Source of the DNA: a candidate division FCPU426 bacterium
GTDB lineage: Bacteria; Oederibacteriota; Muellerivitia; Muellerivitales; Muellerivitaceae
DNA: 64,000 nucleotides
Reading direction: 5' to 3'
Assembly (NCBI GenBank): GCA_963719085.1
Contig: CAVRAL010000001.1
Location: forward strand, 1,024,001 to 1,088,000
Shown here: positions 8,542-16,985 of the stretch, in pieces
Numbering within the stretch: the stretch's first letter is position 1
How the letters are laid out: each line of letters opens with the position of its first letter
Translations under genes and position numbers: made by a program
Notes under the pieces: model-generated
Told to the model about the DNA's origin: nothing
What the model saw: only the letters and a program-made list of their open reading frames with translations
Databases searched by the model: none

Positions 8542-8916
8542 ATGGACTCTGCCCAGTCGCTGGTCGCCTCCAAGGATAAAAGAAATCATCCTCGAACTAA
8601 TTGCCACATCCCCGTCAAACTCCGCAATATGGATCCGGACGATCTTCCCAAAGAGGCCAAATCCCTCCGGCCGCAAACACTTCAAACGTTCATCTCGGAT
8701 CTCAGTTTGGGGGGCGCATTCTTGGAGTTTCCGGGGGCGTTGAAAGCCGGTAAGCTTTATCACCTTCAAGTGGAGATGCCAAAACCTTATACCGCCTTGG
8801 TGGCTTTCATCGAGGTACGTTGGGCGAATGACAAGGGCGGGGGGATCCAATTCTTGGCCATCCAAGAAGAACGGCTCAAAGACCTCAAAAACTACCTGCA
8901 AACCCAGCCAGCTTAA
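8542..8916 (+). CDS. PilZ-domain protein
   Basis: RNHPR (RxxxR) and DLSLGG (DxSxxG) c-di-GMP motifs. Confidence 0.85.
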   Translation: MDSAQSLVASKDKRNHPRTNCHIPVKLRNMDPDDLPKEAKSLRPQTLQTFISDLSLGGAFLEFPGALKAGKLYHLQVEMPKPYTALVAFIEVRWANDKGGGIQFLAIQEERLKDLKNYLQTQPA

Positions 8917-8935
8917 GAAACCACAACAAAAACTC

Positions 8936-9012
8936 AAATCCATTTAACAATGATGTCCCGGGTGTCTTTGACTTCAATAGGGGACCCCGGGGCATCATTG
9001 CTAAATGGATTT
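8936..9012. repeat. Long inverted repeat between convergent genes (bidirectional terminator or MITE/REP-like)
   Basis: 27-bp arms with 2 mismatches; shares TTAACAATGATG/CATCATTG ends with 10961-11136. Confidence 0.7.
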
Positions 9013-9024
9013 TTGTTAGAGACT

Positions 9025-9981
9025 CTAAGGCTTTTTCTCGAACTCATCTTCCAAACTAAAATAACGCTCGCCCATGTCGCAACAGATCGTCACGATCCGC
9101 GCCTGAGGGCCATACCGGCGGGATAAGCGCAGCGCCGCCGCCACATTCGCGCCGGAGGAAATACCCAGCATCAGCCCTTCCTCCTGGGCCAGGCGTTTGG
9201 TCATTTGAAAAGCTTCCTCATCCCCGACCGTCACCACTTCATCCAAAATCGACCGATCCAACACCGGCGGAATGAACCCGGCGCCGATGCCTTGGATACG
9301 GTGCGTACCGGGCGCGCCGCCGCTTAAAACCGCGGACTGGGCCGGTTCCACGCCCACTATCTTTATCGCCGGATTCTTCGCCTTAAAGTAGCGTCCCACT
9401 CCGGTGATGGTCCCGCCCGTTCCGATACCCGCCAGAAAAAGATCGAACTGGCCCTGGGTGTCATGGTCGATCTCGGGCGCGGTGGTCTTGAAATGGGCTT
9501 CCGGATTGGCCGGATTGGCGAACTGTTCCGGCATAAAATAATCCGGGTGCGCCTCTTTCAAGACCCGCGCCCGATCGATCGCCGCTTTCATGAGTCCCGC
9601 CGCCGGCGTCAGGATCAGTTCCGCGCCATAAGCCTTGAGCAGGACCCGTCGCTCGTGGCTCATGTCTTCGGGCATGGTGAGAATCAACCGGTAGCCCCTT
9701 TGGGCGCAAATCATGGCCAAGCCGATTCCCGTATTGCCGCTGGTAGGCTCCACCACCGTTCCGCCGGGTTTTAAAAGACCCTTCGCCTCCGCGTCCGACA
9801 GCATGGCCAAGGCGATCCGATCTTTCACGCTTCCGCCCGGATTGTTGAACTCAAGCTTGCAAAGAATTTGGGCGTGGTCTTTTTCGGGGACGCGTTGAAG
9901 CTTTAAAAGGGGGGTTTTGCCGATGAGCTGGGTAACGTCGGCGGCCGCCGAAAGCCGGGGGGAATCTTGCGGATCGGTCAT
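9025..9981 (-). CDS. cysK: Cysteine synthase A
   Basis: NPGGSVKDR, PTSGNTG, GIGTGGT, HRIQGIGAG. Confidence 0.95.
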   Translation of the reverse strand: MTDPQDSPRLSAAADVTQLIGKTPLLKLQRVPEKDHAQILCKLEFNNPGGSVKDRIALAMLSDAEAKGLLKPGGTVVEPTSGNTGIGLAMICAQRGYRLILTMPEDMSHERRVLLKAYGAELILTPAAGLMKAAIDRARVLKEAHPDYFMPEQFANPANPEAHFKTTAPEIDHDTQGQFDLFLAGIGTGGTITGVGRYFKAKNPAIKIVGVEPAQSAVLSGGAPGTHRIQGIGAGFIPPVLDRSILDEVVTVGDEEAFQMTKRLAQEEGLMLGISSGANVAAALRLSRRYGPQARIVTICCDMGERYFSLEDEFEKKP

Positions 9982-10652
9982 GGGGTGACTTTCGCGCCCC
10001 GGGCAATCAAATCCGCCGGGCATTTGGATGAGGGAAAAACCGGATGATGAAAAGACAAGCCCTCATTAAGCGAGGTGATCCAAACCTTATTTTCCACCGG
10101 GCTCTCGTTCGTTAATAGCCATTGCAAAAGCTCCGCCGCCGCCATGGCGCCTAAAAGACGCCGCGCCTCCGGGCTTCCCTCGTTAAAGGCTTTGGGATTT
10201 AAGGTCTCAAAACACTCAAAGCAGGGACCCGAGGATGATTGAAAGCGGGAGAAGAAAAGCGCCCAACCGCTGCCCGCGCACCAGCCAAAAAAGGCGGGCC
10301 GGGGCTTCAAACGCAAAGAACGATTCAGGCCTCGGCGAAGTTCCGGATCGTCGGTGAGGATTAACAGGGCCGAAAGATCCTCGGAGTCCCTCAGGGATTT
10401 TGAAAGCCTGAGATCGCTTTCGGGATAGCGCTTTTTCCAGGAAACCAGGTCGAACGATTCGGCGGTTTGAAGACGGATCGACGAAAGGCCGGAAGTCGTC
10501 AGGGCGAGAAGAGCCGCTTCCAAAGCGGTTCCCTCCCCCACAAGCCCCACGGCGGTTTGGGCCCATTTTTCCTGGCCCGCCTCGCCCACGGCCGGAAGGA
10601 TCACTTGGCGGCTGAACCGCTCTTTCCACTGGCTTCGGTCGGAAATTTCCAC
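9978..10652 (-). CDS. Degenerate ThiF/MoeB-like protein (keeps ERFSRQ, lacks ATP-binding motifs)
   Basis: ERFSRQVILPAVGEAGQEK; GEGTAL replaces GxGGLG; no SNLxRQ; one CFEC. Confidence 0.75.
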   Translation of the reverse strand: MEISDRSQWKERFSRQVILPAVGEAGQEKWAQTAVGLVGEGTALEAALLALTTSGLSSIRLQTAESFDLVSWKKRYPESDLRLSKSLRDSEDLSALLILTDDPELRRGLNRSLRLKPRPAFFGWCAGSGWALFFSRFQSSSGPCFECFETLNPKAFNEGSPEARRLLGAMAAAELLQWLLTNESPVENKVWITSLNEGLSFHHPVFPSSKCPADLIARGAKVTP

Positions 10653-10657
10653 CCGGA

Positions 10658-10903
10658 TTACTCGACGACGTCTTTTTCGATCGGGTTGACATCGATGCCT
10701 TGGCTCGTTAATTCAGCCAGGGCCCTCTTCACCTCGGCCTCATCCCCGCTGATCTCGGCTTGGACATAGCCGAACCCTTTGGTGATGCTGGCCCGGCGGA
10801 TGTTCATCAAAATATCGTATTTTTTAATGAGATGGGCCAAGACGGGCTCGGTGACCAAATTCGTCGGATAATCCAATTCAATGATTTTATTGATCCGGCC
10901 CAT
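10658..10903 (-). CDS. Stand-alone NIL-domain protein
   Basis: EPVLAHLIKKYDILMNIRRA..G....EISG pattern, 81 aa. Confidence 0.85.
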   Translation of the reverse strand: MGRINKIIELDYPTNLVTEPVLAHLIKKYDILMNIRRASITKGFGYVQAEISGDEAEVKRALAELTSQGIDVNPIEKDVVE

Positions 10904-10960
10904 GGCGCCCTCGAAATTTTAAAAGAAGGAATAAAAACTAGAAGCTTTAACAAAACCTAA

Positions 10961-11136
10961 TTAACAATGATGGACGCGGATGAACGCAGAAAAGAAAACA
11001 TCCCGAATCCCAATATTTTTAAAATCTGCGTTTTCGCCGCTTTTCCTTTAATCAAGTTGTGGGAAGCGGCATTATCCCGCACTCATTCGAATGATATTTA
11101 ACAACGATTTGCGGGGCATCAGCGTTCATCATTGTT
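10961..11136. repeat. Multi-hairpin intergenic element with terminal inverted repeats
   Basis: AACAATGATGGACGCGGATG ... CATCAGCGTTCATCATTGTT (2 mismatches) enclosing further hairpins. Confidence 0.6.
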
Positions 11137-11166
11137 CAATGCCTTTGAATTTTGGTAAATGGCCTC

Positions 11167-11448
11167 TTAGAACAATCCGCCCGCGATGGCCGGCACAATC
11201 GAGATTTGATCCCCGTCCTTCACCACGGTCGCTTCCCCTTGCAGGAAGCGGATATCCTCTTCATTGAGGTAGATGTTCACGAAACGGCGGATCTTGCCGT
11301 TCTCGTCGCAAAGGCGGTCCTTCAGTCCGGCGTATTTTTTTCCCAAGGAATCAATCAATTGAGAGATGGTGGCGCCGTCGGCGGCCACTTCGGCCTCATT
11401 ATTGGTCAAGTTGCGTAAGGGAGTGGGAATCAACACTTTCGCGGCCAT
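11167..11448 (-). CDS. MoaD/ThiS/CysO-family ubiquitin-like sulfur carrier with GG-LF extension
   Basis: IPTPLR, RRFVNIYLNEEDIRFL, VPAIAGGLF; AGGAGG RBS. Confidence 0.95.
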   Translation of the reverse strand: MAAKVLIPTPLRNLTNNEAEVAADGATISQLIDSLGKKYAGLKDRLCDENGKIRRFVNIYLNEEDIRFLQGEATVVKDGDQISIVPAIAGGLF

Positions 11449-11537
11449 GAACAGCCTCCTCAAGGATGATAAGTCTCTGGATTATGGACGAAGCGCGGGA
11501 GGATTTTCCAGTGGAAAATCAGGGCTTTTTTAAACGA

Positions 11538-12773
11538 TCAACGGCCCGCGGTGGCCAATTGGGTCTTTTCAAAAGCTTCCAGATTCGGCTGAATCACCGT
11601 GACTTTTCCCAAATGATCCGCGACCGCCTCTTGGGTCTTCAGTCCGGTTCCCGTGATATAAGCCACCGTCACCGCGTCCGGATCCAGATCGCCCGACTCG
11701 GCGAGTTTTTTCAAACAAGCGATGGTCACACCGCCGGCGGTCTCGGCGAAAATCCCCTCGGTGCGGGCCAGGAGCTTAATGCCTTCCACAATCTCATCGT
11801 CATTGGCCATTTCGGCCCCGCCGTTGGACTCCGCGATGGTCCTCAAAGCGTAATAACCGTCCGCCGGATTTCCAATGGCCAAAGACTTGGCGATGGTGTT
11901 GGGTTTCACCGGCCGGAAGGTATCCGTCTTGGCTTTATAGGCCGTGGTGACTGGAGAGCAGCCTTCCGCTTGCGCGCCGAAGACCCGCATTTTCTTTTCG
12001 GAAATGAGCCCCACCTTCACGAATTCCTGGGTGCCTTTCCAAATTTTGGTTAAAAGCGAGCCCGACGCCACCGGGACCACGACTTGGTCCGGCGCCTGCC
12101 AGCCCAATTGCTCGGCCGTCTCAAAAGCCAGGGTCTTGGACCCCTCCGCGTAATAGGGCCGCATGTTGATGTTCACGAAAGCCCATTTATATTTTCCGGC
12201 GATCTCGCTGCAAAGACGGTTGACGTCGTCGTAATTGCCGTTAACCCCGATTAAGTTAGGATCATAAACCAAGGCGCCCACAACCTTTCCCTTTTCCAGA
12301 TTGGAAGGAATAAAGACAAAGCGCTTAAGTCCGCCGCGCGCGCCATAGGCCGCCACCGCGTTGGCCAAGTTCCCCGTGGAAGCGCAGGCCAAGGTGTCAA
12401 AACCAAGCTCGATGGCCCGGGTCGAAGCCACCGCCACCACCCGGTCCTTAAAGGAGTGGGTCGGGTTGGCGCAATCGTTTTTCAGATAAAGATTTTTGAG
12501 TCCCAGCTCTTTGCCCAGCCGGTCGGCCCGCAGGAGGGGCGTGTAGCCTTCTTGCAGGGTGTTGTATTGGGTGCCTTCCACGGGCAAAAGTTCCCGATAG
12601 CGCCAAATATTGAGGTCGCGGGAACGGATCTTTTCGCGGGAAATGTCTTTTTTGATTTTGTCGTAGTCGTAAGCGGCTTCCAGGGGGCCAAAGCAAAACT
12701 CGCAAACATATTTCGCGGTCTTCTCGTATTCCTGGCCGCATTCCCGGCATTTTAAGGACTTCACGTAACTCAT
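11538..12773 (-). CDS. Threonine-synthase-like PLP enzyme (paralog with N-terminal CxxC/CxxC), SAM-regulated
   Basis: NPTHSFKDR, CASTGNLA, SLAIGNPADG; upstream of carrier gene. Confidence 0.9.
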   Translation of the reverse strand: MSYVKSLKCRECGQEYEKTAKYVCEFCFGPLEAAYDYDKIKKDISREKIRSRDLNIWRYRELLPVEGTQYNTLQEGYTPLLRADRLGKELGLKNLYLKNDCANPTHSFKDRVVAVASTRAIELGFDTLACASTGNLANAVAAYGARGGLKRFVFIPSNLEKGKVVGALVYDPNLIGVNGNYDDVNRLCSEIAGKYKWAFVNINMRPYYAEGSKTLAFETAEQLGWQAPDQVVVPVASGSLLTKIWKGTQEFVKVGLISEKKMRVFGAQAEGCSPVTTAYKAKTDTFRPVKPNTIAKSLAIGNPADGYYALRTIAESNGGAEMANDDEIVEGIKLLARTEGIFAETAGGVTIACLKKLAESGDLDPDAVTVAYITGTGLKTQEAVADHLGKVTVIQPNLEAFEKTQLATAGR

Positions 12774-12812
12774 GATTCTTTTCCTCCGACGCCCGGAGCC
12801 TTTCACCAAAAG

Positions 12813-12842
12813 AAAAAGGCTTCCATCCCGAGATGGAAGCCT
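12813..12842 (-). terminator. Terminator of the SAM-I expression platform
   Basis: AGGCTTCCATC-TCGG-GATGGAAGCCTTTTT. Confidence 0.9.
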
Positions 12843-12858
12843 AGATTCGGATTTCCAT

Positions 12859-12979
12859 CTCTCATCGACCCCGGCCTAAAGCCGGAGCAGGAATTGGCAC
12901 CTAGCAATTCCCCCCCTACGGGGGAAATCCGGTTGCCGTGGTTTCATAGGGCCTGTCCCTCCACCACTCTGGATAAGAG
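12859..12979 (-). ncRNA. SAM-I (S-box) riboswitch
   Basis: CTCTTATCCAGAG-TGGTGGAGGGACAGGCCCTATGAAACCAC-GGCAACC...GGTGCCAATTCC...GATGAGAG. Confidence 0.97.
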
Positions 12980-12997
12980 CGTTAAATTGTCCCAACA

Positions 12998-13026
12998 ATA
13001 GTATAAAAGTCGCCAGGCCCTGTCAA
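12998..13026 (-). promoter_or_regulatory. Sigma70-type promoter of the SAM-I leader
   Basis: TTGACA-17 nt-TACTAT. Confidence 0.75.
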
Positions 13027-13043
13027 GGGAGCCGGGCCGCGGC

Positions 13044-13523
13044 TTAAGCCTCCGCCACCGATATTTTCAAAATCTCGTACTTCAAAACACCCGCCGGAAC
13101 GGGAATTTCAACCTGTTCGCCGATTTTTTTCCCGATCAAACCCCGGGCGATCGGCGTGCTGATCGAGATTTTCCCCAGCGCGAAGTTCGCCTCTTCCTCG
13201 CCCACCAAGGTGTAAACTTCCTGCTCTTTGCTTTTAAGATCCTTCACCGTCACCACGCAACCGATGGACACATGTTCCCCGGTGATCTTCTCGTCTTCCA
13301 AAATGCGGGCGCGGGCCAGCTTGTCCTCGATCTCGCGGATCCGGGCTTCCAAAAGAGCCTGTTCTTGCTTCGCCGCGTCATACTCGGCGTTTTCTTTTAA
13401 ATCCCCATGAGCGCGCGCCTCTTCCAACGCCCGGGCGACCTGGGGCCGCCGGACCACCTTCAATTGCTTCAACTCATCTTGTAATTTGTCGCGGGTCGCC
13501 CGCGAAACCAGAAAATCAGCCAT
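13044..13523 (-). CDS. greA: Transcription elongation factor GreA
   Basis: ARAHGDLKENAEYDAAK, ISISTPIARGLIGK. Confidence 0.97.
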   Translation of the reverse strand: MADFLVSRATRDKLQDELKQLKVVRRPQVARALEEARAHGDLKENAEYDAAKQEQALLEARIREIEDKLARARILEDEKITGEHVSIGCVVTVKDLKSKEQEVYTLVGEEEANFALGKISISTPIARGLIGKKIGEQVEIPVPAGVLKYEILKISVAEA

Positions 13524-13802
13524 AGAACTCTCCAGGCTTAGGATGATTACCAAAGGATAAGCCTTTGGTAACTAATTACCCGTCTTCGCTACGCTTCGCC
13601 GGGTATCCTGACGTTTCAAGAACGAAATCCGGCATAGCATTAATAACTAATTCCCGATGTCAGCGAACCGCTGGCGAAGCCGGATAAAAACCAGTCAAAA
13701 GACTTTTAAAGGCTCAAACATCCGAGGATGAGCCGAACAGGTGGTCTCTAAAGTATACCGGGAAGGAGGCCCTATCTTACAAGATTCCCCTGGCCGGCGT
13801 TG

Positions 13803-14261
13803 TTATTTTTCGTTCTTTTGGCACTTTTGGCAGAGGCCATAAAGCTGCATGCGGTGGGACGTGATTTTAAAACCGTGTTTTCGGCCTACCAACTCCTGCA
13901 GGGCCTCGATCTGGGGGTTCAAAAACTCCACATAGGTCCCGCACCGGGTGCAAATGAGATGGTCATGGTGTTCCCGCTCGAATTCCCGCTCATATTTAAT
14001 CCGGTCATCCCCAAAATCAAGCTCCCGCGCCAACCCGCACTGGGTCATGTGCTTGAGGGTGCGGTAAACCGTGGCGAAGCCCACATGGGCCTGTTTTTGG
14101 CGGGCCTTCTGATAAAGCTCCTCGGCCGAAATGTGGCCGGGATGGCCCAAAAAAGTATCCAAAATCAACGCCCGTTGGGACGTCAACTTCAGATGACGTT
14201 CCTTCAGATAACGATTAAAAAGATCGTATTCCCGGGGCAAGACTTTTGTGTTTTCTCGCAT
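13803..14261 (-). CDS. fur: Fur-family transcriptional regulator
   Basis: ATVYRTL, HHDHLICTRCG, C-terminal CQKC. Confidence 0.92.
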   Translation of the reverse strand: MRENTKVLPREYDLFNRYLKERHLKLTSQRALILDTFLGHPGHISAEELYQKARQKQAHVGFATVYRTLKHMTQCGLARELDFGDDRIKYEREFEREHHDHLICTRCGTYVEFLNPQIEALQELVGRKHGFKITSHRMQLYGLCQKCQKNEK

Positions 14262-14278
14262 GACCTTTTTCCGAGGGT

Positions 14279-14713
14279 TTAATTCAGCATGACCGGCATC
14301 AATACGTTGGACCGCACGACGTGCTGAAAGGCGCCCGCAATATTGTCCGTGGCGTCGCTCAAGGTTTGGAGGTAATCCTCTTCCACTTCCCGGCTTTCCA
14401 CCAAAAACGAGGTCTTCAAAAGTACCGACAGCTGGCCCTTGATGACCTTGGAAACCTTCACCATTTGGTTATGGAAATAATCCGGATGGTCTTTGCGCAG
14501 CCGCTTGGCGGTCCGGGGCTTGAGATACTTCTTTTGGTTGACCGCGATCGTGGCGATCATCTGGGCCAAGTGATTCTCCAGCATGGCGCGGTCCACCCGC
14601 TGGTTGTGGATCAAGCGCTCGATGGCCGTTTCCATAAAAGAAACGTGGGAAAACAATTCCCGATAAAGTTCCAGGAAATTCTCGCGCGTGTCATCTTCAT
14701 GCGACAGGCCCAT
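14279..14713 (-). CDS. Hypothetical helical protein
   Basis: ORF fills the gap in a co-directional run; GGGG RBS. Confidence 0.65.
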   Translation of the reverse strand: MGLSHEDDTRENFLELYRELFSHVSFMETAIERLIHNQRVDRAMLENHLAQMIATIAVNQKKYLKPRTAKRLRKDHPDYFHNQMVKVSKVIKGQLSVLLKTSFLVESREVEEDYLQTLSDATDNIAGAFQHVVRSNVLMPVMLN

Positions 14714-14795
14714 GGTTTCCCCCTTATCCGGCTGATCAAATTATAACGCCCTCACTGTATGAAACAAGCCGTCCAAAAACAAGCCAACCAGGCCC

Positions 14796-15335
14796 TTAAT
14801 GGGCGGCCGGGACGGGCTCGGCCAAAAGCTGTTGAAAGAGCGCGGCAAAATCCTCTTCCGAATGCAGCCCGATAAACGAAGCGGCCACCTTGCCTTCGCG
14901 ATCGATAAAAAAGCTCGCTGGAATGCTGTTGATGCCGTAATCGGCGGCGGTTTTGTTGCTGGCCAATCCCGTGGGATAGGTAATATCGTTTTGGGTCAAA
15001 AACTGATCGAAAAGGCCCCGGGGAACGTTGCTGTTGATTTCCACCGAGAGCGCGAGAAACTCCACGCCCTGGGGATGATAGGTTTGATAAAGCTTAATAA
15101 GCGAGGGGATTTCCGCGCGGCAAGGCCCGCACCAGGTGGCCCAAAAATTGAGCAAGACCACTTTTCCCCGGAGTTTTTCCAAATTCGGCGAGTCCGGCAC
15201 ATTCAAAAAGTATCCGCTCACCTCCGGCGCGGCTGCCCTTTGGCTCGGATCCGTGACTTTAGGACCCGAACCGCCCCCGGCGCCGCAACCGGCCAAAAAC
15301 GCGGCCAAGACTGAAAGCAAAAATACCTTTTTCAC
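14796..15335 (-). CDS. TlpA/ResA thioredoxin-like lipoprotein
   Basis: LAGC lipobox; NFWATWCGPC. Confidence 0.93.
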   Translation of the reverse strand: MKKVFLLSVLAAFLAGCGAGGGSGPKVTDPSQRAAAPEVSGYFLNVPDSPNLEKLRGKVVLLNFWATWCGPCRAEIPSLIKLYQTYHPQGVEFLALSVEINSNVPRGLFDQFLTQNDITYPTGLASNKTAADYGINSIPASFFIDREGKVAASFIGLHSEEDFAALFQQLLAEPVPAAH

Positions 15336-15358
15336 GGCGCCGCCTACTTTCCCATGGG

Positions 15359-16063
15359 TCAGAAAAAGCTGACATACTGGATTCGAAGGATCCTGGAGAA
15401 CAACGCGGCGTTATTGATGTCCCGGAAATCCACGCCCACCCGCAGGGGACTGTCATAGTCAAAAATACAGTTGGCGTTGAACTGCCAATCCTTCATCAAG
15501 ACATCGTTGAGTTCCAGGTTGAAAACCAGGGATGAAGTCAGGGCGAAGGAGGTTCCCCCAAAAAGTCCCAGATCATTGGACGTGTTGAAGTTATCGAACG
15601 TGACGGCGTTGACGCCCCCATGAAGCTGGATGAAACCGGCCGCCGGCATTTCTTTGCTGGCCACCACGTAAAAGCCCTTTTGAAGTCCGGGGAAAAAACG
15701 GCCGCCCGACTCAACCCCATAACCGCGGTTGTCGTAAGCCGCCGCCAAAGAGAATGGCGTTCTTTTTTCATCTAAAAGTTTCACTTTAAAAAAGAGACCG
15801 GGTGTTTGAATTTGAATTGTTCCGGTTCCAATGACGTTGGTGGCGTTGCCCGAAAAGCCAAACATGAAAATATCTTTAAAACCGACATCACCCCTGAGGA
15901 AAAGACCTCCCTGTTCATACATCCGCATGACCAGGTCATATCCGCCATGGGGCAGGATATAAGCCGTGGGGGCTTCCACCATTTCATAGTTGGAAGGACC
16001 GGTCTCTAAGGTGCCGGCGGCCCAAAGGCATGAACTTAAAGACCCAAAAACAACGATGAGCAA
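15359..16063 (-). CDS. Hypothetical outer-membrane beta-barrel-like protein
   Basis: Signal peptide, PTAYILPHG start, alternating beta strands, C-terminal Phe; start uncertain. Confidence 0.6.
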   Translation of the reverse strand: MLIVVFGSLSSCLWAAGTLETGPSNYEMVEAPTAYILPHGGYDLVMRMYEQGGLFLRGDVGFKDIFMFGFSGNATNVIGTGTIQIQTPGLFFKVKLLDEKRTPFSLAAAYDNRGYGVESGGRFFPGLQKGFYVVASKEMPAAGFIQLHGGVNAVTFDNFNTSNDLGLFGGTSFALTSSLVFNLELNDVLMKDWQFNANCIFDYDSPLRVGVDFRDINNAALFSRILRIQYVSFF

Positions 16064-16140
16064 AGCGCGTGGGAATTTAACGGGAGACCTCCGTTTTTTA
16101 TAATTTTAAGGGCCAAAGGCCCAAAGTCAACCGACGGACC

Positions 16141-16944
16141 TTAATACTTCTCGATGAAAACCCGCTCCACTTTTTGAATGCTTTTCCCCAAAAAGCGCTG
16201 GGCATGCTCCTTGAATTTGCGGGAGACATCGCTGACGTAATAAGAACCGCCTCCATGGCCCAAAAGCTCAATGCCGTGGGTTTCTAAATTGCGGTGCAGG
16301 CTCCTGGCCGTTTCCTCGGCCGAATCAACGATGCGCACCTTGGGCCCCGCGACCTTGGCCAGCGTTTTTCGAAGCAGGGGATAATGGGTGCATCCCAAAA
16401 GAAGCGTGTCCACCCCGGAGCGCAAAAGCGGCTTCAAATATTCCCGGACAACCGCCTCCGCCACCGGACCGGTCACCTTCCCCTCTTCCACCAGCGGCAC
16501 GAAAAGCGGGCAGGCTTGGGTAAAAACCTTCGCCTTGGGATACAAAGCGTGGATGGCTTCTGGATAGGCTTTGGAATAAATCGTCCCTTCGGTGCCGATG
16601 ACGCCGATCTTCCCGTTGCGGGTGACCTCCACCGCGGCGTAAGCCCCCGGCTCAATGACTCCCAAAATGGGAATGTCGAATTCCCTCCGCAAACTTTTTA
16701 GTGCCCAGGCCGAGGAGGTGTTGCAGGCCACCACGATGGCCTTCACTTTTTCTTTTTTGATCAGGAACCGGACGATTTGCCGGGAGTAATGAATGATGGT
16801 CTCGGGAGCCTTGGTGCCGTAGGGGATACGAGCCGTGTCGCCAAAATAAGCCAGTTTTTCCTTGGGCAGTTCTTTGTGAATGGCTTTCACGACCGTTAAG
16901 CCGCCCAAGCCTGAGTCAAAAACACCGATGGGTCTGGACTTCAA
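16141..16944 (-). CDS. murI: Glutamate racemase
   Basis: IGVFDSGLGGL, VACNTS, LGCTHYP; TTG start behind GAGGAG. Confidence 0.97.
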   Translation of the reverse strand: MKSRPIGVFDSGLGGLTVVKAIHKELPKEKLAYFGDTARIPYGTKAPETIIHYSRQIVRFLIKKEKVKAIVVACNTSSAWALKSLRREFDIPILGVIEPGAYAAVEVTRNGKIGVIGTEGTIYSKAYPEAIHALYPKAKVFTQACPLFVPLVEEGKVTGPVAEAVVREYLKPLLRSGVDTLLLGCTHYPLLRKTLAKVAGPKVRIVDSAEETARSLHRNLETHGIELLGHGGGSYYVSDVSRKFKEHAQRFLGKSIQKVERVFIEKY

Positions 16945-16985
16945 GATCGGCTCCTCGATTGACGAAATAAAAACCACTTCCCCGC

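Noticed and set aside
13560..13790. Long greA leader with hairpins (GGCTCA/TGAGCC; GCTTCGCC/GGCGAAGC)
   Set aside because: Could be an attenuator or REP remnant, but the promoter spacing is poor (19 nt) and the U-tract weak; not supportable
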